Shown: positions 21,198-33,018 of the stretch, piece after piece
Layout of the letters: every line of letters starts with the position of its first letter
How positions within the stretch are numbered: position 1 is the first letter of the stretch
From: Octopus bimaculoides
Lineage: Eukaryota
Length of the DNA: 33,018 nucleotides
Direction of reading: 5' to 3'
NCBI RefSeq assembly: GCF_001194135.2
Contig: NC_068986.1
Location: 54,133,920 to 54,166,937, forward strand
The notes under the pieces: model-generated
What the model was told of the DNA's origin: nothing
Databases searched by the model: none
What the model saw: only the letters and a program-made list of their open reading frames with translations
Translations under genes and position numbers: made by a program

Positions 21198-21250
21198 GAG
21201 ACAGACAGACAGAAAGATAGATAGCTAGCTAGCTAGCTAGCTAGAGAGAT
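20645..21250. repeat. (TACA)n, TG-rich, (GATA)n/(GACA)n/(GCTA)n tracts
   Basis: Direct reading. Confidence 0.9.
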
Positions 21251-21309
21251 AGGTTTAACAGAGTATAAATGAACCAATGAAATTCAATTACGTAGACGAG
21301 AAAATATGG

Positions 21310-21470
21310 AACAATCCGTGGGACAATGAGAAAAAAGAGGTTAAGACATCAATTAGATTCACATGGCGATGGAGAGTGTGAGGGAGTTGACCGAATGGAA
21401 TTAGACAAAAATAAATACTGGCAGGGAGAGGGCGGAAGAGCGAGGTTCAGGGAGTCAGACAATGCTGAAG
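21310..21470 (+). mobile_element. Possible decayed RTE-type LINE C-terminal remnant
   Basis: MRKKRLRH..DG..DRMELD loosely resembles IRKRRLRW.GH..R.DG...VMEM; weak. Confidence 0.25.
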
Positions 21471-21569
21471 TGGTGTGCTTAGCTAAATGTTATTTAATGA
21501 CAGTTTAACTCTATTAAAGCGTGTACGGTAGAATCTTGAAATAAAACTACATAAAGTAAGAGCAACAGC

Positions 21570-22445
21570 GATGGTAACGGCACCTATTACAACAACAACA
21601 ACTACTAATACAACAATATTTAACTGCCATAACAATAATAGCTTTACAGCACAACAACAATAGAAGTAGCAACATGAATAGCAATCGTAGAAAAGGCGAG
21701 CGAAACACAAAAAAAATACTAACGGCTAAAAGAGCAAAAACAAGAACAATAACAACAGCAGTAGCAAGAAGAAGAAGAAGAAGAAGAAGAAGGAGGAGGA
21801 GGAGGAGGAGGAGGAGGAGGAGGAGGAGAAGAAGAAGAAGAAGAAGAAGAAGAAGAAGAAGAAGAAGAAGAAGAAGAAGAAGAAGAAGAAGAAGAACTAG
21901 TAGGAAAAGAACTAGTGAAAGTAGAAGAGGAAGATGGTGGAGGAGGAGCAGCAGGAGGAAAAGAAGAATTAAAAGAAAGGGAGATAAATAGATAGACAGA
22001 AAGATACGCAGACAGACATAGGTAGGCATAGAAGAAGAAGAAGAAGAAGAAGAAGAAGAAGAAGAAGAAGAAGAAGAAGAAGAAGAAGAAGAAGAGAACT
22101 TTCAGTAGTAGTAGCAACAGTAGCAGCAGCGATAGCAATGACGACACTCGCAACGATAATCTTATTATGGTCTGTAATAATAGTGATAATACCAACAGCA
22201 ACAACAGCTACAGTAACAAGAATGAAGACAGCGGCGACAACAACAACAACAGCAACAACAATGCCTCAAGCAGCAGCAGCAACATTATTAACAACAACAA
22301 CAACAACAACACCAGCGGCACAACGTCATCCCGTCACAGCAACAACAGCATTATGAGTGTCTCATGCGATAGCTACATCAACAAGAATAAGGACGACAAC
22401 AATGACAACTGCCGTTGTTGTAGATACAATAGCAATTGGAACAAT
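21570..22445. repeat. (CAA)/(GAA)n/(GGA)n/(CAG) low-complexity block
   Basis: Direct reading; the poly-R/L/S ORFs are artefacts. Confidence 0.9.
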
Positions 22446-22489
22446 ACGTAAAGAACATCAGCAACAAATTGACAATAATGGTGCATGTC

Positions 22490-22810
22490 TCTAGGAGGTC
22501 ACTGGACTTGCTAGATATAGCTGTGCTAAATATCTCTGAAATAACATCTCTACCGTTTAAAAAAAGGAAAGTAGAGATTGGATCACGTGGTCCCTTGTAA
22601 CAATATAATGATAGATTATCACGGTTTGAGTGCTTTTGTTCATGGACCAGTCAGTGATGATCTGGTGCTAAGCAATAACAAGTGAATAATGTTGTCCTAG
22701 AAAGACCATGTTTGAAAAGAATTTGCGGTAGGTATGGTTGGAAAGCCTCTGATCATAGATCTGATCAATCTGGGTTGACTAGGAGTTGAACAACAAATAG
22801 AACAACAACT
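22490..22810 (+). mobile_element. Family D repeat with two successive 3' ends, each ending in CAA-like tails
   Basis: 22497-22575 resembles 1790-1860. 22741-22800 GCCTCTGATCATAGATCTG..GTTGAACAACAA resembles 27268-27320 GCCTTTGATCATAGGGTC..GTTAAATAACAC. Confidence 0.5.
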
Positions 22811-22847
22811 ATAAGTTCAAACTGACTAAGAATTTTGAATTGATAAC

Positions 22848-23057
22848 GGTTTCAAATTATGGCACAACGCCAACAATTTCGGGGTTGTGGTAACTCGATT
22901 ATATCGATCCAAATGTCCAAGTCGTACTTATTCTATCGACCCCGAAAGGATGAAAGGCAAAGTCGACCTCGGCGAAGTTTGAACTCAGAACATAAACACG
23001 GACGAAATACCGCTAAGCACTTTGCCCGGCGTATTAACGATTCTGCCAGTTCACCAC
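22848..23057 (-). mobile_element. Family A SINE, tail type 2
   Basis: The reverse complement aligns over its full length with 28597-28790 and 12691-12900. Confidence 0.85.
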
Positions 23058-24244
23058 TTTAAGTTTTGAATTGATAATGTATCATGTATGCATTTATGCG
23101 AACAAATACGCATGCATGCATACATACATACATACATACATACATACATGCATTCATTCATACATGTGCTTTTATATGCATGACATGAAAGAAAATTGGT
23201 ATCATCTACAAGATTCTAACATCACATCTGCTGTAAACTATGTAATAGTTATCAAACTACTACATGAAGGTGATAGTGCAAGCTCAAAAGTTCAAGTTAG
23301 AACAGTAAGCTAACAAGCACGTACCCCTCGTTTCAGTGGCCTGTCAACAAAGATATATATNNNNNNNNNNNNNNNNNNNNNNNNNNNNNNNNNNNNNNNN
23401 NNNNNNNNNNNNNNNNNNNNNNNNNNNNNNNNNNNNNNNNNNNNNNNNNNNNNNNNNNNNNNNNNNNNNNNNNNNNNNNNNNNNNNNNNNNNNNNNNNNN
23501 NNNNNNNNNNNNNNNNNNNNNNNNNNNNNNNNNNNNNNNNNNNNNNNNNNNNNNNNNNNNNNNNNNNNNNNNNNNNNNNNNNNNNNNNNNNNNNNNNNNN
23601 NNNNNNNNNNNNNNNNNNNNNNNNNNNNNNNNNNNNNNNNNNNNNNNNNNNNNNNNNNNNNNNNNNNNNNNNNNNNNNNNNNNNNNNNNNNNNNNNNNNN
23701 NNNNNNNNNNNNNNNNNNNNNNNNNNNNNNNNNNNNNNNNNNNNNNNNNNNNNNNNNNNNNNNNNNNNNNNNNNNNNNNNNNNNNNNNNNNNNNNNNNNN
23801 NNNNNNNNNNNNNNNNNNNNNNNNNNNNNNNNNNNNNNNNNNNNNNNNNNNNNNNNNNNNNNNNNNNNNNNNNNNNNNNNNNNNNNNNNNNNNNNNNNNN
23901 NNNNNNNNNNNNNNNNNNNNNNNNNNNNNNNNNNNNNNNNNNNNNNNNNNNNNNNNNNNNNNNNNNNNNNNNNNNNNNNNNNNNNNNNNNNNNNNNNNNN
24001 NNNNNNNNNNNNNNNNNNNNNNNNNNNNNNNNNNNNNNNNNNNNNNNNNNNNNNNNNNNNNNNNNNNNNNNNNNNNNNNNNNNNNNNNNNNNNNNNNNNN
24101 NNNNNNNNNNNNNNNNNNNNNNNNNNNNNNNNNNNNNNNNNNNNNNNNNNNNNNNNNNNNNNNNNNNNNNNNNNNNNNNNNNNNNNNNNNNNNNNNNNNN
24201 NNNNNNNNNNNNNNNNNNNNNNNNNNNNNNNNNNNNNNNNNNNN

Positions 24245-24284
<40 letters not shown>

Positions 24285-24621
24285 ACACACACATGACATG
24301 CACACACACGCACACATGTATGTGTATGTATATATACTCTTTTCGAAACAGTGATATTGTTTTAAAAGAACCACCTCTGAGCTTCCTAGTAAATTCCAGA
24401 AAACAATTATATATATGATCATACATAAACAGACTTTAGAACAGGAGGTGTTGATAGGGGAGGTAATTCAAGACAAATATACATAGGAAGAAATCAAAAC
24501 ACCGAAGGAAACAGAAACACAATACAATCAACAGAAAACGTTGTCTTTATCTCTTTAAATCTGCATAAAATTGCTTCTATTTCCGCCATAACGAGGTCAT
24601 AACCACCATGATAGCAGAAGG

Positions 24622-24660
24622 CTGACGATAGGGAAGAGACGATAGGAAACGTTCGTATCT
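24622..24660 (+). ncRNA. Hammerhead core remnant
   Basis: CTGACGA (24622-24628) and GAAACGTT (24646-24653) lie 17 nt apart, but stems I and II barely pair. Confidence 0.3.
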
Positions 24661-24972
24661 GTGTCTGTGTGCATGTATGTTTGTAAGGCAGGCGTGTTGT
24701 ATATGTGTGTGTATGTATGTGTGCGTGTGTGTGTGTGTGTGTATGTGTGTACAGACTATGTGTATACACGTATTGAGCGCGCATATGTTTACGTGTAATT
24801 GTGATTTGGTATGTGCGCACACGTTCTGTATGCTAGCGTCAAATCGTATTTTGGTATATGTGTGTGCTTATGCGCATAGATGTTGAAGGATATAAGTATA
24901 TGTATAAATAATTGTATGCATGTCTACTTGTGCATTCGTATATATGTATAAATGTGTGTGTGTGTATTATAT

Positions 24973-25128
24973 ACACATGGTTCCGGTTTCAGTCCCACTG
25001 CGTGGCACATTGTCTTCTACTATAAGCCTCGAGCAGCCGACCAAAGTCTTGTGAGTGGATTTAGCTGACGGAAATTGACTGAAGCCCGTTTTGTATATGT
25101 TTGTGTGTGTGTGTTTGTGTATGAGTGC

Positions 25129-25169
<41 letters not shown>

Positions 25170-25267
25170 TGTGTGTGTGTCTTTATGCCTGTGTCTGTCC
25201 TCTTCCACCGCTTGACAAACGGTTTTGGTGTGTTTACGTCCCCGTGATTAATCGGTTCGGCAAAAAA
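24973..25267 (+). mobile_element. Family C SINE with internal (TG)n tract, 3' end lost in a gap
   Basis: B-box region GGTTCCGGTTTCAGTCCC, then CCGACCAAAGTCTTGTGAGTGGATTT, (TG)n, and CCACCGCTTGACAAAC..GGTTCGGCAAAAAA. Confidence 0.8.
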
Positions 25268-26685
25268 NNNNNNNNNNNNNNNNNNNNNNNNNNNNNNNNN
25301 NNNNNNNNNNNNNNNNNNNNNNNNNNNNNNNNNNNNNNNNNNNNNNNNNNNNNNNNNNNNNNNNNNNNNNNNNNNNNNNNNNNNNNNNNNNNNNNNNNNN
25401 NNNNNNNNNNNNNNNNNNNNNNNNNNNNNNNNNNNNNNNNNNNNNNNNNNNNNNNNNNNNNNNNNNNNNNNNNNNNNNNNNNNNNNNNNNNNNNNNNNNN
25501 NNNNNNNNNNNNNNNNNNNNNNNNNNNNNNNNNNNNNNNNNNNNNNNNNNNNNNNNNNNNNNNNNNNNNNNNNNNNNNNNNNNNNNNNNNNNNNNNNNNN
25601 NNNNNNNNNNNNNNNNNNNNNNNNNNNNNNNNNNNNNNNNNNNNNNNNNNNNNNNNNNNNNNNNNNNNNNNNNNNNNNNNNNNNNNNNNNNNNNNNNNNN
25701 NNNNNNNNNNNNNNNNNNNNNNNNNNNNNNNNNNNNNNNNNNNNNATATATATATATATAAAGATATATACATATGTACACACATAGTGGAAATCACTTA
25801 TTATAATTTCAAGTGATATTCTCAAATGGCTATTGTTATGAAATGTAGTGGAACCAAAACACGGTTAGGATGTTGCCAAAACTGGAACATTAATTTGGTC
25901 TTAGCGACGTTCGCATTTAAGAACACCAGTTTCTCATTAAAAATGACCCTATCAAAAAGTATCTCAGGGATAGAACAAGGTGTTTTCAAAGAAATTGTGT
26001 TCACAGTGGTGATAGCAATGTAGGGAATGGTTGTCGAAATAATGGTAGGAGCTATTGAAGCAGCCACCGTGCTGCTTAAACGTAACCAGATGAGGTATTG
26101 GACAGTTTTGGAACAACGGGGATACCTATATGTATATAATATACACATACTTGTACGTACAAATTAGAGAGTTGATGGTGGATTCGTTTTAATAATTGAG
26201 AAGTCCCTCGATCAAAATTCTAGCGCCCAGTGTAGGCAAGTGATGATCGCGAAGATGATAAAATGTCAATCATACAAGCAGAAAAACAACTGTATAAATG
26301 GAAGGCAAAGAAAAAAGAAAGAAAAAAAGAGTTGGAAAGATTAATATGAATGGAAAGAAATAAATAGTACGAAAACTAAGGACAAAACCATTGCCAACAA
26401 TTAGAAACACAACAACAATAACATTCCATATTTGCAAACATTGTTGATCAAAAGAAGTGACATAACTTGGACAAAGTCAAGGAAAAAGAAAACGATTCGA
26501 TGAGAGATGTCAAAACAGGCCTTGCTCAATGAATTGTGAGGAAAGTCGAAAAGGGAGATGATTATAGCTCTGAGTTTTCAAAGGTTAAAATCTTTTTAAC
26601 AATAACACAATAACGCCACCAACAATTGCACCAATGTAGTTGTAGTCAGCTACAACAGCAAGAGCAGCACCAGCACCAACAACAA

Positions 26686-27006
26686 TTGTTGTTGTTGGCA
26701 CTCCGTCGCTTACGACGTCGAGAGTTCAAGTTGATCCGATCAACGGAACAGCCTGCTCGTGAAATTAACGTGCAAGTGGCTGAGCACTCCACAGACACAC
26801 GTACCCTTAACGTAGTTCTCGGGGATATTCAGCGTGATACAGTGTGACAAGGCTGACCCTTTGAATTACAGGCACAACAGAAACAGGAAGTAAGAGTGAA
26901 AGAAAGTTGTGGTGGAAGAGTACAGCAGGGTTCGTCACCATCCCCTGCCGGAGCTTCGTGGAGCTTTTAGGTATTTTCGCTCAATAAACACTCACAACGC
27001 CCGGTC
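26686..27006 (-). mobile_element. Family B SINE body and tail; head lost in gap 27007-27214
   Basis: The reverse complement begins GACCGGGCGTTGTGAGTGTTTATTGAGCGAAAATACC (parallels GAGCAAAACAC in the 20.5-kb copy) and ends in a (CAA)n tail at about 26690. Confidence 0.75.
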
Positions 27007-27251
27007 NNNNNNNNNNNNNNNNNNNNNNNNNNNNNNNNNNNNNNNNNNNNNNNNNNNNNNNNNNNNNNNNNNNNNNNNNNNNNNNNNNNNNNNNNNNNNN
27101 NNNNNNNNNNNNNNNNNNNNNNNNNNNNNNNNNNNNNNNNNNNNNNNNNNNNNNNNNNNNNNNNNNNNNNNNNNNNNNNNNNNNNNNNNNNNNNNNNNNN
27201 NNNNNNNNNNNNNNGAGAAATATACACCACTGGTTGATATAGCAAGACAAT

Positions 27252-27385
27252 ATGGTAAAAGTTGGACTGCCTTTGATCATAGGGTCGCTCAGTTAGAGAT
27301 GATCCGGGGTTAAATAACACCACCACCACCACCACCACCACCACCACCGCCACCGCCGTCAACAACAACAACAACAACAACAATA
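27252..27385 (+). mobile_element. Family D 3' end with (CAC)n(CAA)n tail
   Basis: Similar to 22741-22800. Confidence 0.5.
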
Positions 27386-27759
27386 ACGTCTTCATTAATA
27401 ATGTACCAGAAATTTCTGGGAAAATTGTATAGGATCCCCAACCAAGTAGACTTCCAAAGAGGACCCATGTGCACATTATGTTGGACGACAGAAGGCTCAT
27501 GTATGAGACATTATGGCACCAATCACCAATGGGCTCTTTGACCTCACCAGTGACCAAAGAAACAAAACTCGCACTATTGCTACCATGAAAACTACAACAT
27601 AAACTTAGCAGCAGCAGCCATCGCCGCCGCCGCCGCAGCAATAGCAGCCACATCAGCAGTAGCCGCAGCCGCAACAACATTCACCGCGAATTAAACTGCC
27701 ACCACACTCGATCTGAGTCGGCACAAAAAAAGAAGCGAGATTGTGTAAACTGCGTAGAT

Positions 27760-27860
27760 AACGGAAGAGGTCAGATGGCAACCACTTCTGCATCCAAAAT
27801 CCTGATCGTTAAACAAGTGATTCAAGCTGATCCTAGAATCACTAGCTTGTACGTTACCGA
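27760..27860 (+). mobile_element. Possible mariner transposase HTH remnant
   Basis: GRGQMATTSASKILIVKQVIQADPRIT resembles RSGRP.TS....I..V...I..DPRIT; short. Confidence 0.35.
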
Positions 27861-28475
27861 CTCTTAGTGCAAACATGTCGAATGAGACAAACGAGCAACC
27901 CGGTTTTCGGGGTCCCTCGAAGACCCGCTTTTACTTTGTAAGTCTCTACGTCACATAAGTTGTAGTATTGGTAGCAGTAGTGACTCTAGTCAACAGTAGT
28001 GGTAGTGTCAACAGTTTTTGATTGCGAAACATCTACTACTTTGGTGATCCAAAAGTCGTTACAACTACCTTCATCATCGCTGAAGCTGGTGTTGATTGCC
28101 ATAGTATTGGCAATATTACGGCTGATGGCGTTTGTAATATCACCGTCATTGCCATAAGTTATTCAAATGCGTCTAGCTAAATTACAAATTTCTTTTTCTG
28201 TTACCAAATTGAAAAAGAAGTGCCCACGTCACACAACCACCTCTCTGTTGTTGCATCTCCCCTTCTCTTTTTATTGTGCATAAGAAAAACAGACTGAAAA
28301 TAAAGGAGTAGTGAAACGAATAGTACATTGCACAATCGGTCAGTTTCGCAACAAGACAGGAAACATTGAAAGGAAAAAAATAAAATGACTCCGATATGTA
28401 AAAATCGACAACAAATTTAACAAACTTGCGGAGTAAAACCGTGGCTCAATGTTTAAAATCAGTACCAAGAATAAC

Positions 28476-28592
<117 letters not shown>

Positions 28593-28596
28593 AATC

Positions 28597-28790
28597 GGCG
28601 AGCTGGCAGAATCGCTAACGCACCGGGCAAAATGCTTCGCGGCATTTCGTCCCTCCTTATGTTCTGAGTTCAAATTCCACTGAGGTCGACTATGCTTTTC
28701 ATCCCTTCGGGGTCGATAGATTAAGTACCAGTCATGTACTGGAGTCGATGTAATCGACTCAACCCCTCCCATAATATTTCAGGCCTTGTG
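28597..28790 (+). mobile_element. Family A SINE, tail type 2 (3' truncated)
   Basis: GGCGAGCTGGCAGAATCG..GTTCTGAGTTCAAATTCC..GTCGATGTAATCGAC..TTTCAGGCCTTGTG. Confidence 0.87.
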
Positions 28791-29139
28791 AAAGGATTAC
28801 TGTTATTGTTATTGCTGTTGTCGCTGTTGTTAATATTACTAATATTATTATTGTTGTGGTTATTATTATTATGAGTAGTAGTAGTAGTAGTAGTAGTATT
28901 GCCCCTAATTAGATATGAAGATTTAGAAGTATGGTAGTAAAGGAAGTGTGAATCTTTGGATAGTGGCGATGACGACGACGACGAAGATAATGATGATGAG
29001 GAGTGAAAATGGTTGGAAGAAGAGGGGAAGGGAAAATAGGGATGATGAAGGTAAAGGTGAGGACGAGCGTGGCGCGTGGAGAAAATCCAATACCGGATTA
29101 AGGCAACGATTTGTAAGACGAAAATCTCGAATCGGACAC

Positions 29140-29243
29140 GTGTACATACACGCGCATACCCGCATAAACGTATGCATGCAGACGCACACACACACACACG
29201 CACGCACACACACACGCACGCACACGCACACGTTCTCCCCCAG

Positions 29244-29279
<36 letters not shown>

Positions 29280-29501
29280 TGTATGTATGGATGTATGCAT
29301 GTATGTATACGCATACACATAAATAACGTATGTGCACACATTTGTATATGCGTACGTGAAATGTGTTTGAATATGCGTATCTGCGCGTAAGCATGCATAT
29401 GCATGTATCTATGTACGCGTATATTGTGCAAGTGTGCGTTTGCTGCGGATTTGTGCACACGCATACATACGCACACACACAAACACACACAAACACTCAC
29501 A

Positions 29502-29536
<35 letters not shown>

Positions 29537-29591
29537 ACACACATATATATACACGTATGTACACATACGCACATTTGTGTTTGCATATGAC

Positions 29592-29633
<42 letters not shown>

Positions 29634-29878
29634 TGTGTGTGTCTATAGAATGCCCGATACCCATTTCTTTGCCAATGATCTGTAGAGGGGTTTCTAATAG
29701 GGTCAGTAGACAAATATAATTCAAAGGCTAAATTGACTTAGAACATAGGGACGCTATTATAGATACATACATACATACATACATACATGCATACATAAAT
29801 ACATACATACATACATACATGCATATTTAGACACATACATACACAAACACACACTATCTCTCTGTCTCTGTCTGTTTG

Positions 29879-29933
<55 letters not shown>

Positions 29934-29945
29934 TACACACACATT
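29140..29945. repeat. CA/TA/TG/TACA/CT microsatellite mosaic
   Basis: Direct reading. Confidence 0.9.
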
Positions 29946-30419
29946 CATTGTACAATTCGGCTTTGCAATATATAAGTAGTGGGTCTTACAAGGCGGCGTG
30001 TTGAGAGCACACGCTAATACACACTCGATGGTATTGCCAACCGTGTGTAATTAACTAAGTCAAACGCGTGCAGACGCGTGCAGTTTTGTGTGACTATGTA
30101 TTTGTATTTCTGTGACTATGTGTTTGTGAGTTTTTTTTTTATCTGTTTTTGTATTGAGTGTGTATTTTTATGTGTACGTGTGTGTGATTGTGCCTGTGCC
30201 TGTGAATCTGTTTGTGTAGTTTTTATTTTTGTGAGTGCGCAAGATGCTTTGTAATATCTAGTAGATATGCATACGCATGTATGAATCTACGAACATGAAT
30301 ATGAATATGAGTATGTATGTATGTATGTATGTATGTATGTATGTATGTATGTATCTTTTTATGCATGACTGGTGTCTAAACCGGTGCATCTACCCCAAAA
30401 ACAATATTTATAAAGAGGA

Positions 30420-30810
30420 CAGATTACCCTAGGTAGGGTCAACAACTCTCGAGCAACTGTGTAAGGGTCTTAGAAATTCTCTGTTGTTACCTGGAGTGTT
30501 GTAAGCCTATATGAATTTCAGCAACCATTCGCATTCGTTGACGCATATCGCCAGAAAAAGGCTTCTCTGATATAATACTCATTGCGCAGGTAATGTTCTT
30601 GGCTATTTTAAAGCTCTTCAGCCAACGTTTGAAGAACATGATTCTCCTCCATTTTCAAGTCTGCGACATTTATTGAGACAAGATACCTTATTTTGGCTCA
30701 TCTTTTCCTTTAGACTTGTGATGCGTAGACTTCTGTATGCAAAGCTTCAGCTATGGAAGGAAATTGAAGGTAATCTATTTCTGACACAGTTTTTATATTC
30801 GTAGGACAAA
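30420..30810 (-). mobile_element. Possible old RTE-type LINE C-terminus and 3' UTR
   Basis: Minus-strand NRLPSISFHS, *KWRRI and HIGLQHSR loosely follow RTE RLPK..FYSE / DR..WR / IGL.SH; heavily decayed. Confidence 0.35.
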
Positions 30811-31390
30811 ATCGATAGTATAATCTCCTGTAAGCAAAGTTTTTATATTGTTTATATTACTCGTAAGAGAGTTACCTTGGTATAGAAGTTACCGTGCTTC
30901 CTTCACTGGGATAGTGGTTTTAAGTCCAGCCATGTACACTTTTCTTTGATGTGAGAATAATGATGTAGTACGGTATATTAAGATGTGTTAAATCATTGCC
31001 AACGTTGTCGTACTGAAGCAGAATAATAATAGGGATAGATCATGTCCTCGATTTCATAGATAAAAGCATATACTATATACATAATCTTCTTGGCACATTT
31101 TCAATCAATTGACATAATGAACAATAATAGGTACTCTTTCTAGACTCAAGGATAAAAATAAGTTATAGCTCTCAAGTTAAAAGTGGGGACAAATTTATAA
31201 CAAAGAATATAGTTTTTAAAGATATTCTTCCTTAAAATTGCATCTTCAATCTACTTATAAGGATTTTACATTATCTCAAGAAACAAAGGCTTCAGAGAAA
31301 ATACAATTTCAAAAGAAACTATGAATTTCATGGTTTATAGTTTTTAGAATAAGCTTGAAATTTCCACAGTTGCAGTCATTTATTTAGAGC

Positions 31391-31527
31391 CAAATTCCGC
31401 CAAATTCGACTTTGCCTTTCATCCTTTGGTGATCGATAAAATAAGTACTAGTCAAGTATTGGGGTCAATGTTATCGTCTTGCCCCTTCTCACAGAAACTG
31501 CTGGCACTGTGCCAAAATTTGAAACCA
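31391..31527 (+). mobile_element. Family A SINE, 5' truncated, tail type 2
   Basis: CAAATTCCGCC..CGACTTTGCCTTTCATCCTTT..GTGCCAAAATTTGAAACCA. Confidence 0.8.
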
Positions 31528-31805
31528 TTGTTAATTTAGAGCAGTCGCTTAGCAGAATTAATTTAGTGCTTGCTACAATGATTTACAGAATTTAATTAAA
31601 TGTATTGATAGTCACAGTTCTAATCAATTCTGGGTCAAGTTTGTTTTTAAATCACTCAAAGTTCGATAAAATAAATGCCAATTGTTTTTCTGTTGCTATA
31701 TTGTTGTATAGTTGAAAGTTTGTCAAAGGTAGTGTAGTTATGATCATCACGCATTTCTAAAGGCTTATAAGCCCAGCACTGAATTAATCGATGTATTCTT
31801 TTTTT

Positions 31806-32043
31806 AAAAGACGGTAAGATATAGTTTGAAGAAAATTTCGCTGATATTTCTATTACATTGAGCCATTGTGTAAAAACATCCCCATTGTTCAGAAAATTAG
31901 TGAGGCTTGATTCAAGCCCNNNNNNNNNNAAAAGACGGTAAGATATAGTTTGAAGAAAATTTCGCTGATATTTCTATTACATTGAGCCATTGTGTAAAAA
32001 CATCCCCATTGTTCAGAAAATTAGTGAGGCTTGATTCAAGCCC
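31806..32043. other. 114-bp exact direct duplication across a 10-N gap (probable assembly artefact)
   Basis: 31806-31919 is identical to 31930-32043, with N at 31920-31929. Confidence 0.85.
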
Positions 32044-32054
32044 AATAATATACC

Positions 32055-32520
32055 CTGGGTGTATTTAGTCCTAGTAACATATTAAGGGTATAATCAATCC
32101 CAATAATATTTTCAAGGTGGATTCAGTAATAGCAATATATTGGTTTCAAATTTTGGTACGAGGCCAATAATTTCAGGGGAGTGGGTAAGTTGATTACTTA
32201 TTTCATTGATCCTGTAAGGATGAAAGGCAAAGTCGACGTCGGCGGAATTTGAACTCAGAGCGTAAAGCCGGATGAAATGCCGCTAAGCATTTTCTTCCAG
32301 CTTGTCACCTTAGTTGAAGTAACGTATTGCAAGTAGATTTAACTCCAGCAAATACTGGTTGTGGATTCAGGCCTATTATCATACTGAGGACAGATTTAGT
32401 CCCGTAATACTTTAAGGTGTATACAGAGGCAGTAAATTTAATCCCATTAATATGTTGAAGAAAGGGCCAGTATCACTATCATAATAGGTTTGATTGATTC
32501 AGTACCCGTAATATACTTAG
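32055..32520. repeat. Degenerate ~29-bp minisatellite interrupted by a SINE
   Basis: Units such as GTATTTAGTCCTAGTAACATATTAAGG, ATAATCAATCCCAATAATATTTTCAAGG, GTGGATTCAGGCCTATTATCATACTGAGG and ACAGATTTAGTCCCGTAATACTTTAAGG. Confidence 0.55.
32138..32293 (-). mobile_element. Family A SINE with internal deletion and missing 5' end
   Basis: Aligns with 12691-12870 except for a lost internal segment. Confidence 0.8.
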
Positions 32521-32679
32521 AATCATCCTTATGCCAATGCAAAGAAAATATAGGAATTTAGAGTCGACTGTGTTTCTCACCTGTCCGCGGTCGATAAATT
32601 ATATACCAGACATGTATTAAAACACTTTCTATATACCCTGTCTTTCCTGTGCATATTTCTTTTCACATATTGATATGAA

Positions 32680-33018
32680 AAGTCTTTTACGTGTCTGCTT
32701 AATCTACCACAAACAGCAGCCAGGAATTTCAACCATGTTTCGTGGTCTGCTACCACAACAGCTCCTTTATAGGATCCAGTTAGCTCAAGACATCACCAGG
32801 AGGAACCACGTCCGGTTTCGGCCCCTACTCCTCTACCGTTTTGACGTGGCGGGGCCCCTCCTTTCGGAGGTGTCTTCAGCTCTAGTGTTGGGTGCATGTC
32901 TTCTTTCACTGTTTGTGACTGTTCTAATTCAACTGTGGAATGTCCCTCGCTATGGTTATTTTCCAGGAGGTTCTGGCCACACGTCTTACGGCTCATCAAC
33001 CCGCGTTGTTGAATTACT
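32680..33018 (-). mobile_element. Probable RTE-type LINE C-terminal fragment, continuing past the window edge
   Basis: The minus strand gives EGHSTVELEQSQTVKEDMH (cf. GHV.RME..R.VK), NG(R)SRGRNRTW (R.RGRP..TW) and VADHETWLKF (A.DRETW), with a frameshift. Confidence 0.5.

Noticed and set aside
23310-25825. ORFs of 170-370 aa dominated by X
   Set aside because: They read through N-gaps.
25940-25975. C1q-like motif ILFDRVIFNE on the minus strand
   Set aside because: The following G..Y...TG.F.AP motif is absent; likely coincidence.
27400-27600. Unique segment between triplet tracts as a coding exon
   Set aside because: Stops occur in all plus frames, there is no recognisable domain, and no convincing splice sites.
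31806-32043. Exact tandem duplication as a biological event
   Set aside because: 100% identity around a 10-N spacer is the signature of unmerged contig overlap.
32055-32520. CRISPR array
   Set aside because: The repeats are degenerate, have no unique spacers, and the context is eukaryotic with no cas genes.
32855-32880. Minus-strand CTGAAGA near GAAA
   Set aside because: The GAAA is the loop of a CCTCC/GGAGG hairpin, which is the wrong topology for a hammerhead.

Overview
AT-rich eukaryotic genomic DNA, saturated with microsatellites and containing nine N-gaps, most of them abutting (TA)n/(CA)n tracts. The SINE families and repeat content point to an octopus (coleoid cephalopod) draft assembly; this is inferred from recall of octopus repeats, not from a search. 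There is no complete protein-coding gene, rRNA, true tRNA or CRISPR array. Almost all ORFs in the supplied track are simple-repeat or gap read-throughs. The window is a graveyard of decayed elements: a Penelope-like element (PLE), a Tx1/L1-type endonuclease fragment joined to a poly(A) tail, a mariner transposase fragment, a HERO-type restriction-like endonuclease fragment, several RTE/CR1-like remnants, and more than 15 SINE or SINE-like copies from about 5 families. The most interesting signals are ones the ORF track misses. (1) Several minimal hammerhead-ribozyme motifs with palindromic stem III, of the PLE-associated dimer-cleaving type, at about 313, 647, 4482, 20226 and 24622. (2) A CpG-rich motif cluster at 19.74-19.98 kb that looks like a housekeeping promoter. 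(3) A well-bounded minus-strand exon candidate at 11104-11201. (4) An endonuclease-only LINE fused behind a SINE Pol III head. (5) A cryptic duplicated purine-rich module. I see no evidence for a wholly new multi-gene system. All alignments and translations were done by eye.
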